Shown here one piece after another: positions 27,981 to 38,400 of a stretch of DNA of 64,000 bases. The stretch comes from a virus. The position numbers were made by a program, and so were the translations under genes. The notes beneath the pieces were generated by a model. That model worked only from the letters and a program-made list of their open reading frames with translations. It had not been told where the DNA came from and did not search any database. Location of the stretch: IMG/VR virus record IMGVR_UViG_3300024261_002043, positions 1 through 64,000 of that record; one strand, given 5' to 3'. The number at the start of each line of letters is the position of its first letter. The first letter of the stretch is position 1.

Positions 27981-30589
27981 TATTTATCTCTGATCGCTGT
28001 TATAATGCTTGTATCACTAAACATACTTTTAGCGTTAATAGATCCTAACGCTGTTAACAATTGTGGGTCAATCGGCTTAGACTCAAGCGAGCTTATCTCT
28101 TCGTAAAATAAGTTTACAGCTATAATCTCGTATCGATATTTCATGGAGCTAACAATATTACGGTCTTTATAAAAAAACCTAGATGATGATGCATCACAGT
28201 GAATCGTATCTATCACTACAGATCCCCCTCCGGCCTTAACACATATCTTAAAATGATCTATCATGGTAAGGTCTCCATCATATACCCAGGAGACCAAATT
28301 GTACATTTTATTCTTTTCGTAGCTTATCTCTTTAGGGGAGTTGCTAGGGGCTATTAAAGAGAAAGTTTTTTTAGCCTGTATAGCTGTCCTTCCAGCCAAA
28401 ATTGGATCTGAAGGAAACAGCTTACTAGATAGAAACGGATTATTTTGCTTATGAGTTGAGGGTATAACGCCCGTTTGTCTGGTAATTGGGTTTGCTAACT
28501 TTGATATATTTTTATTAAAGCGAGTTAAGGTCGTAGGGTCTATTTTGCTCTTTATAACATTGGGGAATAAGCTATCCGCGGTATTTATTAGAGCAGTGGC
28601 AGCATAAACGTACCTAGTGCCAGGTTCAGGAGCGCTTACTCCTGATGCTTGCCTTGATAAATCGTTGTCTACAAACTTCCCGCTTTCGACGACACCGAAA
28701 GTCTCAACTTCTCCTGTTGTAAGATTTTCCCTATCAACAAGAAAGTTTACAAGACCACTAAACTTCTCTCTATTTTTATCAAACTCATCAGAAAATAATT
28801 GCGACTGGCCGTCTACAGTCAGCGCGTCCTTAATTTTCTTGAAGCCGATATCAGTAAACTTACCGTCAAGACTAAACTCAACGTCGCCCGGTGGACCACC
28901 TATAGATGACGCCGGTGAGCTCATGGTAAATGATACGGGGTTAGCGGTATCGTGCATCGGTATATCTATAATGTATGGCGTACCACGCACTGGACCTTTT
29001 ATTCGGGACACCCCAATAGGAACGTATCTATACGTTCTTGCTTGCTTGGCTGACGAATCTGTAAACATTACTTCTGTGGTCCCAGGATATACATTTACAG
29101 TTTTTGCATTGTTATCGCCGATGTATACATATCCAGGGCCTTTGCCTGAACGTGCATTGGCAAAGGAGTTATACGTTAGGTCATAGCGTCTAACTTTTAT
29201 AGCCACAATGTCATCCGTAGGTATATCTGCTACAATGACGTTTACGACACCGTCAAAATAGTCACCGTCATAAGAAGCGTTTGCTGTTAATGCATCAGCC
29301 ACCGGGGCTAGACTAAGTGTGCTTGGTGGTACTATACTATGTGAAAAATCGTCAGAAGGATCTCCATTTTCTCCGTAAGATATTGCTCTATAAATCAACG
29401 ACTTATTTGATATTATTTCGTCTCTATATACGAGTGATTCTCCTTTGTTTAGCGGGGCATCAAAAATAACTTCCCACTTAGTACCATATCCTGAGCCACC
29501 AGCTGCGGGTGGTGCTTTTCGGCGAAAAACCTTTATACGCTTTCCGACATCATCAAGTTGTGTGACTGCCACTCTCGTATAGCGCGTAGATCTTGAAGTA
29601 TTTAGCGAAGGTGGAAGTGTCGGTGTAAGAAAATCCCTAAGGCGCTTTGAGTGGGAAACATAAAAACCTACGCTAGACCTCCTTACACCATTTGGGTCAT
29701 TTAATCGAGCGGCAACGAAGAATGTTGATAGACCTTGTAGTATGTCTTTTCTTATAGAAAGCTTAACTTTTACCGTTTTATATTTTTGAAAGAAAGAGTA
29801 TGTAGCAGATTTAGGTACTGCGACAGGAGGTAAATATACCATATCAGTCACTCTATTTGCCAGCTCTGGATTGGATATAACTTTTTCTATTCTGTTTCTA
29901 ATGCTTAAAGAACCCGGGTCTACTTGATTAGCGACTACTTTATTTGAAACAGAAACAGTACTAACTTGTGGGCCTGGGGCATTTAAGTCATTGCTCGTAG
30001 GTATAATGTTACGTAAGTTTTCAGGCTTAATAGTTGGAGATAAACTCTCTACACCAGATCTGTAATTTATATAAGGCTCTCTCTTTTTTGAACTAATAGT
30101 TGTGATATTATCGAAAGGAGTAACCGTGCGCGCTTTTGTTGCTGTGCTTCTTATCGAGTTAGATAGTAGACGATCTTTAGCTTCAAAAGCAGAAGCAGCG
30201 TCTATATCAGTAGATGTTCTACTTACTGCACTGTAGTTTGGTGGTATATGTAAGCCTAACGACACCTCTTTAGATGCGATAACCGTGCTAGCGGTCTGAT
30301 CGGCGGACGCAATGAGAAGCGCTTCTTGTCCAAGGTCGTCGCGCGTGGTGGCGAGCTCGAATGAATAGGTTTGGTCCGGTCTACTACGATATATTTTTAC
30401 GCTTAGGTTCAAGGCATTCAATCTTAATGCTGCAGCAAGATCTACATCAAATGATATTTCATACTCGAAGAAATCAGCGATATCGTCAATAGTGTTACCT
30501 TCACCTATAATGGTAGCAAAACCTAAGAGCTCTGCAGGAAACGATTTCTTTTTCAGCATAGGAGTTTCAATAAGGGATTTAACTAACAT
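27980..30589 (-). CDS. Large virion protein with repeated FN3/Ig-like units
   Basis: Repeated [F/Y]xD....YxY pattern (YRDEI..LIYRAI, FTDSS..TYRYVP, FVDND..RYVYAA, YKDRN..KYRYEI). Confidence 0.6.
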   Translation of the reverse strand: MLVKSLIETPMLKKKSFPAELLGFATIIGEGNTIDDIADFFEYEISFDVDLAAALRLNALNLSVKIYRSRPDQTYSFELATTRDDLGQEALLIASADQTASTVIASKEVSLGLHIPPNYSAVSRTSTDIDAASAFEAKDRLLSNSIRSTATKARTVTPFDNITTISSKKREPYINYRSGVESLSPTIKPENLRNIIPTSNDLNAPGPQVSTVSVSNKVVANQVDPGSLSIRNRIEKVISNPELANRVTDMVYLPPVAVPKSATYSFFQKYKTVKVKLSIRKDILQGLSTFFVAARLNDPNGVRRSSVGFYVSHSKRLRDFLTPTLPPSLNTSRSTRYTRVAVTQLDDVGKRIKVFRRKAPPAAGGSGYGTKWEVIFDAPLNKGESLVYRDEIISNKSLIYRAISYGENGDPSDDFSHSIVPPSTLSLAPVADALTANASYDGDYFDGVVNVIVADIPTDDIVAIKVRRYDLTYNSFANARSGKGPGYVYIGDNNAKTVNVYPGTTEVMFTDSSAKQARTYRYVPIGVSRIKGPVRGTPYIIDIPMHDTANPVSFTMSSPASSIGGPPGDVEFSLDGKFTDIGFKKIKDALTVDGQSQLFSDEFDKNREKFSGLVNFLVDRENLTTGEVETFGVVESGKFVDNDLSRQASGVSAPEPGTRYVYAATALINTADSLFPNVIKSKIDPTTLTRFNKNISKLANPITRQTGVIPSTHKQNNPFLSSKLFPSDPILAGRTAIQAKKTFSLIAPSNSPKEISYEKNKMYNLVSWVYDGDLTMIDHFKICVKAGGGSVVIDTIHCDASSSRFFYKDRNIVSSMKYRYEIIAVNLFYEEISSLESKPIDPQLLTALGSINAKSMFSDTSIITAIRDK

Positions 30590-31518
30590 TAATCAAAAAC
30601 CACCGTAAAAATATTAATAAACGTCTTTTCGTCCGCACTGTCATTAAACAATTTACCAACAAAAAATACGTGCTTACCAGGACTATAGGGATCGCTATCC
30701 TCAAACTCACCGAAGTCTATCATTCTCAGCTTATTTATACTTGAACTAGTTATTTCCCACACTTGACAAATTAAATTATTTTCCAGACTAGTCTTATCAA
30801 AAGCAACTTTTGCGACTGGGGTCTTTCGAAACTTTGAAGATACGCCTAAAGAATCTTGCAGCTGGTCAAAATTAAGAGGCTCAGGTTGTTCGAGTTTTGT
30901 ATACTCTTTAAGCTTCATGCCACTAGTCTTGTTCTTAGGAGGCATATACTTGAAATTTTGTACGTGTGTTAACTTTTTATCTTGCCATAGACTTTCAGCG
31001 TTACTTAGTCGCTTTACTTTTTCTTTGTTCGCCGGAATTGGCCCTTCATCGGAAATCACAAATTCAGCGGAATTGTATTGTAACTTAAAACCAGTGTTTC
31101 TCTTTATACTCTCTTCTGTTCTAAGAGGTCTTAAATCTGTGAATGAGTTTATACAATCTTGTATGGCGCTAGAGGCTGACGTTACTAAATCAAGGCCCTT
31201 TAAAAAGTTTGATGATCCGCTGATTTGAGTAAGCTGTCCATTTACAATATCAAATGCGCCAGCTGGAAATGTCATAGAGCCATCAGCTTCATATTCAGGT
31301 ATTATCATATCTTGAGGTCTAGAGAAGGCTTCTAACATAATCCTGTCAACAGAATCAGAAGCCACGCTAGCATCTTCGATTGACCCTTCGTAAAACGTTC
31401 CTAAATCAGAAAAGCTAGCGAATGAAAACCTAAGTTCACCTTTCGCTAACTCATGTCTTCCTTGATCAGTTAAGATCGTATCCATGAACCTAGTTTTTTT
31501 ATCTAATATTCCAGCCAT
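30589..31518 (-). CDS. Virion structural protein, N-terminal paralog of 21251..21961
   Basis: MAGILDKKTRFMDTILTDQGRHELAKG..FASFSD aligns with MGFLDNSTNNIIVDAVLTDAGREALSR..KFAFGD. Confidence 0.65.
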   Translation of the reverse strand: MAGILDKKTRFMDTILTDQGRHELAKGELRFSFASFSDLGTFYEGSIEDASVASDSVDRIMLEAFSRPQDMIIPEYEADGSMTFPAGAFDIVNGQLTQISGSSNFLKGLDLVTSASSAIQDCINSFTDLRPLRTEESIKRNTGFKLQYNSAEFVISDEGPIPANKEKVKRLSNAESLWQDKKLTHVQNFKYMPPKNKTSGMKLKEYTKLEQPEPLNFDQLQDSLGVSSKFRKTPVAKVAFDKTSLENNLICQVWEITSSSINKLRMIDFGEFEDSDPYSPGKHVFFVGKLFNDSADEKTFINIFTVVFD

Positions 31519-31523
31519 GAGTA

Positions 31524-31530
31524 TAAGTAT
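31524..31530 (-). promoter_or_regulatory. Putative late promoter ATACTTA
   Basis: 5 nt upstream of the 31518 ATG with no SD, so possibly a leaderless transcript. Confidence 0.45.
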
Positions 31531-32057
31531 TACGCTTCAGAGTCTTCGCCACTGCCTGAATCGTCTAAGGCAGATCTGTACTTACTCAGGGTGATTGGTG
31601 GGCGCTTACCGACTTTCCTTTTCATACCTGTCATTTTTGACGGTTCTTTAATTTCTCCAGACTCAATTTTTGCTTTATTATCTTCGTCTAAGCTTTTTAT
31701 TGCTTTTGCCTCTTCCTCTTTTTCTTCCTCAGTCTTTTGATCTTTACACCACTGGTTATATAGCTCTAGCATATCAGTCCACCTAACCATATCGCTATCA
31801 ATTTCTTTTATGCCATTGATGCAATCATTCCATACAGACTCCACGTACATAGGTAGTGACTGTAAGAGTCCGCAGACTTCCTTTCTAAGATCATCTATTT
31901 CACCTTCAAAATCATCGATCTGTGGTATAACATCATTAATCGCTTGTTGCACCTTAAACGAATGAAATGCAGGGTTTAGTAAAGCTTTTCTTAAATCTTC
32001 TTTTTTATCAAATAGCTCTGATATTTTGCCGGTTATTACACTTTTAAATTCACTCAT
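31530..32057 (-). CDS. Hypothetical coiled-coil protein
   Basis: 175 aa, AGGAGG RBS. Confidence 0.75.
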   Translation of the reverse strand: MSEFKSVITGKISELFDKKEDLRKALLNPAFHSFKVQQAINDVIPQIDDFEGEIDDLRKEVCGLLQSLPMYVESVWNDCINGIKEIDSDMVRWTDMLELYNQWCKDQKTEEEKEEEAKAIKSLDEDNKAKIESGEIKEPSKMTGMKRKVGKRPPITLSKYRSALDDSGSGEDSEA

Positions 32058-32136
32058 GTTGCCTCCTGTTTGCTATGTTACTTTATTAAAATCATAGTAA
32101 GTATTCCAATTATAAGAACACGATAGAAAGTTAAAT

Positions 32137-32165
32137 AAAAAAACGGGGCCTCAATGAGACCCCGT
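32137..32165 (-). terminator. Rho-independent terminator
   Basis: Minus strand ACGGGGTCTC-ATT-GAGGCCCCGT-TTTTTT. Confidence 0.85.
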
Positions 32166-32203
32166 CAAAATTTCTAGCAAGCTAGTTATTTTTATTTGTT
32201 AGA

Positions 32204-34027
32204 TTATGAACGATCGATAGCAGATACAAGATCTTCGTAAACAAGAGCAAACGAGAATTTAAGCTCGTTGGTTCCTGAAACTGCATAATCAACAGTAGCA
32301 GCAGCTCTATCTGTTTCGCTACCAGACTTCATAAGCTGTCCGTTAACATAGACATCTAGCTTATTAGGTCCTACAGCCGTACTAAACGAGGAAACATCAC
32401 CAGCTAGTTTGGTGAGTGTTACCGCGGTACCAGCGCTTGTGGTTTCTGCGATAGAACCTGAGAACAACGTTGGCTCTCCGGATGTAACGCTTGAGAACAA
32501 GGTATTAATAGCGCCTAAGACAGAAGTCGAGGTACTAAAGTTGCTGATGTACGTTGACGCCTCGGAACTACTAGGAGTTTCGAAAAGTAATGCTTGAGCA
32601 TTTACACCGGCTAGCGCCGCTATCGCAGAGAAAGCGAACGTTCCATCGGTTTGAATACCAACACTCTGAGAACCGTCAAGGAAGACAGGTCCTGCAGCAG
32701 CAGCGATACCAACGTTTGTAGCACCAGACAACATAAGTCCTGCAGCTGATGTCTTAATTACAGATTGTGCACCTGCTGTGACATCAAAAGAACCAGAGGC
32801 AGCAACATCCATACCAGTTGAACCGTCGTGTGTAAACGTGACATCTTCACCATCACCGAAAGCCAAGACACTAGAGTCATCTTCAAGGTGAACCTTAGGG
32901 GTATCGAGGAGAACCTCGGTAGAAGCCTCAAGCTCAATAGTCGGAGCAACAGGCTTCAACAAGGTTCCAGCTGCAAGATCGAGTTGACCATCAGCAGATG
33001 AAGAAATTGATTCAGCACCGTCAGCTTGAACAAACGCAAGCTTGTCTTCGCCACCAGCAAGCACAAGACCAACACCATCTGCATGAGTCAACGTTGTTGC
33101 AGCATCAGCACCGAATGACAGTGTTTGAGAGTCAACAGGCATTGTAATATTACCTGCAGAGCCACCGATCTTTAATAATGATGTACCGGCACTCTTAATT
33201 TGAGTCTCAGTACTACCAAACTTGGTGTCCAGTATAATTGCAGCACCAGAAGATGCACCACCCTTAACTGCAACAGCGTTAACGGCGTCGATGATGACAC
33301 CACCACTACCATCAAAAGGGTTACCACCGGTTGAACCAGAACTCTGTAGGAGTAAAATACCGTGTGCCGATGCAACATTTAGACCGGCTGATGCACCACC
33401 TTCTAGTTTGTTCGCATGAACAGATGACCATGATGCGTGACCGGATGTCGCTAAGGCACCGGGCGAGACATAGCCCTTTTGTGAGGCGCCTGATACACTC
33501 ATCGATTTGACGTGTGAATAACCCGGGGCGAACTTAACGAGGAGCGACGAGTCGCTTGAGCTGAATGCCGACGTCAATTCGAAAACAATATCGTTGCTGT
33601 CGCTGTCTCGAAGTACGATAAGAGTGCCCTTGGCTAATGACGATGGCGATGACCAGCTACTATTCTTCGTAAGACTGGTATCAGAATATGAGACCATGCT
33701 ATTATCGATGAAGTTTGAGACGGAGTTAATCGACCCGACTGTCAAACGACCTAAAGCCATTGCATCGTCAGATGTTGGTTTAAGGCTTACAAGGCCGTCA
33801 GACGACGCTGGCGACTTATACTCACCAGGCTCAACAGCACCGAATGCAACGTCACCAGACATATTTGAGAGTGCTTGGGCATAATATTTAAATATTTCCT
33901 GTGCACTTGGTATATTGCCCTCGCTAAGGGAGGCAATTGCAGTACCCTTCGCTAGCGAAGTAGGCTTCATATCTGTTAATGAGCCTGTAATTTGTTGTAA
34001 TCTAATCTGTGTTCTAGACTTAGACAT
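32204..34027 (-). CDS. Fibre-like virion protein (start revised to MSKSRTQIR at 34027)
   Basis: GAGGAA RBS at 34035-34040 favours this ATG; S/A/G-rich beta repeats (LSFGADAATTLTH / LAFGDGEDVTFTH); own terminator. Confidence 0.65.
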   Translation of the reverse strand: MSKSRTQIRLQQITGSLTDMKPTSLAKGTAIASLSEGNIPSAQEIFKYYAQALSNMSGDVAFGAVEPGEYKSPASSDGLVSLKPTSDDAMALGRLTVGSINSVSNFIDNSMVSYSDTSLTKNSSWSSPSSLAKGTLIVLRDSDSNDIVFELTSAFSSSDSSLLVKFAPGYSHVKSMSVSGASQKGYVSPGALATSGHASWSSVHANKLEGGASAGLNVASAHGILLLQSSGSTGGNPFDGSGGVIIDAVNAVAVKGGASSGAAIILDTKFGSTETQIKSAGTSLLKIGGSAGNITMPVDSQTLSFGADAATTLTHADGVGLVLAGGEDKLAFVQADGAESISSSADGQLDLAAGTLLKPVAPTIELEASTEVLLDTPKVHLEDDSSVLAFGDGEDVTFTHDGSTGMDVAASGSFDVTAGAQSVIKTSAAGLMLSGATNVGIAAAAGPVFLDGSQSVGIQTDGTFAFSAIAALAGVNAQALLFETPSSSEASTYISNFSTSTSVLGAINTLFSSVTSGEPTLFSGSIAETTSAGTAVTLTKLAGDVSSFSTAVGPNKLDVYVNGQLMKSGSETDRAAATVDYAVSGTNELKFSFALVYEDLVSAIDRS

Positions 34028-34156
34028 AATGTTTTTCCTCTTGCACAAAAATGTGCGTTATTTTTTAGGACAAACCGAAAATAAAACTAACGAACAAAAT
34101 AAACGGATTATATAATAAACTAACTAACGGATCGCGCTGCTCTCACAGCGGTAATT

Positions 34157-34393
34157 TTAATTATAGCTTTGCTTTACTAAATTCCTCAAATTTTTTAAAG
34201 CAGAGTCAAATTTAGAAAAGTCGCTGGTAATATATTCAACTGCCAACTGTCTACACTCTTTTTCACCTTCAAAGATAAATGAATATCTACCGCGGTCAGT
34301 ACCAGCGCTTAGGAGCTTACGACTATTTGTGACTAAAAAAGCGGCTGTCCCTAGATCAGCTGTCTCAAAAACGTCGGATTTTTTATCTTGCAC
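34157..34393 (-). CDS. Small DUF5659-like protein
   Basis: FETADLGTAAFL...GRYSFIFE pattern; AGGAGG upstream of a GTG start. Confidence 0.5.
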   Translation of the reverse strand: MQDKKSDVFETADLGTAAFLVTNSRKLLSAGTDRGRYSFIFEGEKECRQLAVEYITSDFSKFDSALKNLRNLVKQSYN

Positions 34394-34433
34394 TTACTGA
34401 GTACCTCCTACTATACCTTAGCGTGGTCAATTA

Positions 34434-34489
34434 TGATAGCACGACTGTATTCATTCATAGCTACCGTGCTATCAATAACTATCAACGTA
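34434..34489 (-). promoter_or_regulatory. Late promoter element ATAGTTA-N4-TAGCACGGT followed by a 10-bp leader hairpin
   Basis: taactat at 34476-34482; inverted repeat tgatagcacg (34434-34443) / cgtgctatca (34465-34474). Confidence 0.55.
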
Positions 34490-34560
34490 AAACTTTTAAA
34501 TCCTGTTCTGTCTAACGATAAAAAACCTTACATATTCCTTACATGAAGTGATGTATGGTT

Positions 34561-35451
34561 CTAAGATACTGTATACACCACGATATCAAGCACGTCATCT
34601 ACTTGCGTATCAAAACAAAGTTTTAGAGAGTGCGGAGGAGAGATATAATAGTCTCGAGCTGCTGTGGCTACTTCATATGAGGATCCGCTATGCAAAAGCT
34701 GGCCATTTAAAAAGATGTCTATGCTGTTTGGATCATAGCTTACAGACTCAAAATCAGGCTCGTATACATTATAAGGACTACCTGCTGACACGCTAGAAGT
34801 AACCCAAAACACATCTTTTTTTCTTGATAACGAACCAGTCGATGAGGTTGCGACGACAGTATCTAACATATCACCAATATACAGGTAGGCTTCTACGTAA
34901 TCAGGGTTCTCTGAATGGTCTCCTGTACCCGGTGGGTCCTGTTGAAAGAACACCCCATTAAAATAGTCAAGGTACCAATCCCTAGCGTCTAGAATAGGAA
35001 TCTGTGTCCCAGAGCCTTTCGCTGCCGATCCGTTGTAGTAAGGCTTTGCTTCGTAAGCGTTTGCAAAAGATGTGGGAACTATTTGTAGCGCACCTGATGT
35101 AATATTGATTGTCTGACTATTAACAAACGGGTAAATCCCCTTTTTAGGGTTAGATGAATTTGACTCATAATCAGACGGTAACTTTAGCTCAAAACCATGC
35201 CGACCATCAGACGTGTCTGCACCAGCTATGAACGTAGAAGTAAAACGTATATATTCTACCTTACCTGTTATCGTATATAACGATGTAGATGAAGGCGATG
35301 TAGAAATTGTTTCACCAAAAACAGTTTCTGACGTCATAGTTACGCCAGATGGTAATCCTTCATTAGCTAGATCTTTATCATTAGAGGTCTGTGCCTTACC
35401 AGCTAACTTTTTTAAAGATATTAGTCTTTGAGTTTTTGCATCATATCCCAT
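34561..35451 (-). CDS. Virion protein sharing a C-terminal domain with 32204..34027
   Basis: IDIFLNGQLLHSGS..RDYYI..LKLCF..DDVLDIV vs LDVYVNGQLMKSGS..VDYAV..LKFSF..EDLVSAI. Confidence 0.65.
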   Translation of the reverse strand: MGYDAKTQRLISLKKLAGKAQTSNDKDLANEGLPSGVTMTSETVFGETISTSPSSTSLYTITGKVEYIRFTSTFIAGADTSDGRHGFELKLPSDYESNSSNPKKGIYPFVNSQTINITSGALQIVPTSFANAYEAKPYYNGSAAKGSGTQIPILDARDWYLDYFNGVFFQQDPPGTGDHSENPDYVEAYLYIGDMLDTVVATSSTGSLSRKKDVFWVTSSVSAGSPYNVYEPDFESVSYDPNSIDIFLNGQLLHSGSSYEVATAARDYYISPPHSLKLCFDTQVDDVLDIVVYTVS

Positions 35452-35454
35452 GTG

Positions 35455-38400
35455 TTAGCTCCATGATATACTCATCTGTGATATATTACCTGTCCAGCTT
35501 GCATCAGCCTCAATTTTTACCACTATATACTCATTAGCGCCTGCTGATTGCGTCCCGAACGTGCCGGCATTGGATGCATTTAAAGAAGAATCAAGTGAAC
35601 CGTTAAGACAACCGTCACCATCGCTTACTTGTCCGGTAGCAAAAGCCTTTGCAAGATCCATCCACCCTGTAGAAAACGAAGATGATGTTTCCGGAAGCTT
35701 TACTAGTACGTGCACATTTGAAGTAGATAAAGACGTCCCTTGCTCGACTATCGTACCTGAACCATTTAAGGTCAATATAAAGTCTGTCTTAGACCCTCCG
35801 GACGTGTTTTGAAAATATCTATAAAATGTTCTTAAGCCAGATGATATCGTTGAATAGTCCACATTGCTACTAGGCCCGTTCGCTATAGATCCACCATCGG
35901 ATGTGTTCCTAAAATCTCCTGAAACAGCACCTTGGCGAGGAGCACGTAATGCGCTGTTATAAAATAGCAGACCGTTTAAAGACAGCAAACTTGTGGAAGA
36001 GTTCCATACAGCTCCTGAATCTGTTACGGCAGCTTGATTGTCGTAGCTTCCTGAGGCTCTTCTATAACTTTCGCCCCTAAACGGTTCGGATGTTGTTGTA
36101 GCAGTATCGGAAAGATTATACAATAATATTCCTGATATTGATTGTGAACCAGCGCTAGATAAGCTTGACTTAAGAGGAGCAGGTACGTTTACAGATACGG
36201 ATATTGATTGGTTTAGCAAAGGATCTGTATTAATAGTTGCAGATCCTGTTATTTGAAGAAGCTTAGATTCATCTTCCCCAGCACCGTGATTGATTGTTGG
36301 AAATGCTTGCGCAGGAGTAGAACAGTTTGTCCCCGTGAATGTTATATTGTTTGAAGAATAGACATTTCTGTATGCGTTTAGGGCACGCACACGGTATTGT
36401 GCTGTACCAGCAGTGTGATATGTAACACCTGACAATTGCTTAGTACCTGTCATCGACAGTCCATCAAACACCGAATTATCTGCTGACAGCGCATTAGAAT
36501 TAGAATCATTTACCCATTCTACGTAGTTACATGTTGTACTTGTGCTGCCTATAGTATGTACAACCCTAGCATAATTCCAGCCGTTTGCTTGATCTGTCGT
36601 TGCTATTGTGTATGTTCCTGTCCTGTGCTTAAACGTAGAAAATGAAGAGCCATCTGCAAAAGCTCCATTAGTAACGGCAGATAAATTAAATCCCGAACCG
36701 TTAGAGTTTAAGCTATTACCTGAACCGAATGAGCTTAGGTCAACAGAGTGCTTTTCAGTTGAATTATTATTTACGAACAGCTTAAGTGTTCCTTGGTCTC
36801 CGTTTCCGAATGCGCCTACAGCAAAGTTAGGGCTGTCCGGTGAGATATCTGCGTTGAGCGTACCATCTATAACTGTAGCGCCGTTAAGGCATGCAACACG
36901 AACATCATTACCAGAAGTTGTAGATGCATATGATCCATTTATATCTACATTTGACAAGCTACTAGCTGGTGTTAACGTCGATGGTAGAACGTTTGTATAT
37001 CCAGATATTGATTGTGTAGAGCCAAAAGATAAATTTGCCGTCGTTCCTGAGTCTGAGCAACTCATATCATCTAAATTTGGAGCAGCAGAAGGAGCTAATC
37101 CTTTTAAAACCTCGTTAAACCTATCCACGGCGGTCCCCACAGGTGTTTGTGTAGTGAAGTCGGTAAACAACCCATCGGAGTAGCTACCATCCTCTGCTGT
37201 CCCGATTGTACCGGTTAGAGCTATGTCTCCAGAACCGTATGAGTTTAATATAGCAAGGTTTGTTACATCTACCTTGTCTATACTATTTACGGTAGTTGAC
37301 CCAGAAACAAAGTCAATAGCTGTGCCACCTCCGGCGTCACCCGTAAATTTACCATCTGATGCGTATGCAGTAAAACCAGTTGTATTTACAGAAGTAGACA
37401 GTGTATTATCAGAGTACATGGCGAAAGTATTACCGCTTAAGACATCAGCATAGTATTCATTGCCGTTTACTTCTGTCATCCCAACAACGCTTGTTAACGT
37501 TACACCTTGCCCTTCGCTTAAGTTGTGGTTTAACACAGTCGTAACAACACCTGGATTAGCTTGCGTTATGTTTGATATTGATCCTGTTACAGCACCAGAT
37601 CCACCCGCAGCGTCTATTGTTATAGATTTGTCGGAGTTTGTTGTCAAAGTTATGTTTGTACCGGCTTTTAAGTTTGTTTCAACCGTAACAGCAGATGAAC
37701 CGTCAAAAGATAAGGACTTTATTCCAGGACCATTTGTTAATGAATTAGGTACTTTTTTAACTTCGATATCTCCAGACCCATCTAGACCGATTGTATCGTT
37801 GTCATATTGTACGGCTATCGTAGCGGGGTTTGAGTTACCAGCAAATGAGATATCAATGCCAGCACCCTCAGCCATTATCGCAGTTCTGTCTACTATGTCA
37901 GCTAAGCTCGCTATAGATGTTTTTGATACACTAGATAAGCTTGTATTATCAGCTGTTACTACAAAGTGGTTTCTATTAGCAGCGACCGTAGATAGATTTG
38001 TCATATCAACTGAAACTGTTTTTGCTGTTGAGCCGTTGTAACTAAGTGTTCCAATTCCTGGACCGTTTGTTAAAGCTCCTGGTGATGTTGAGGAAGCCGC
38101 AAGTGTTATTTGTCCGGTTGTCGGCGTATTGTAAGATACTGTTATATTTGTTCCACCAACAAGGTAAGGTACACCAGCAGAAGCCTCGTCGTGTTTTGCT
38201 ATTATTGTACCAAAAGTAGTCGTGCCAGAGAATGTGGACGCACCCGAAAACGTATTATCACCTGTTAGCGTATTATTACCAGCTAACGTGGGTATAACTG
38301 ATGTGTCAACAGATAGTGTGGAATCAGCAGCGGCGTTATACGCCGAACCAACAGAATATGTTAGTCCTGTCCCTGATGATAACGAATAACTAGACCCTAA

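Noticed and set aside
37330-37600. Phage ubiquitin-like conjugation system
   Set aside because: Only an isolated FCCH-like domain within a fibre; no adenylation domain, E2, JAB or Ubl gene seen.
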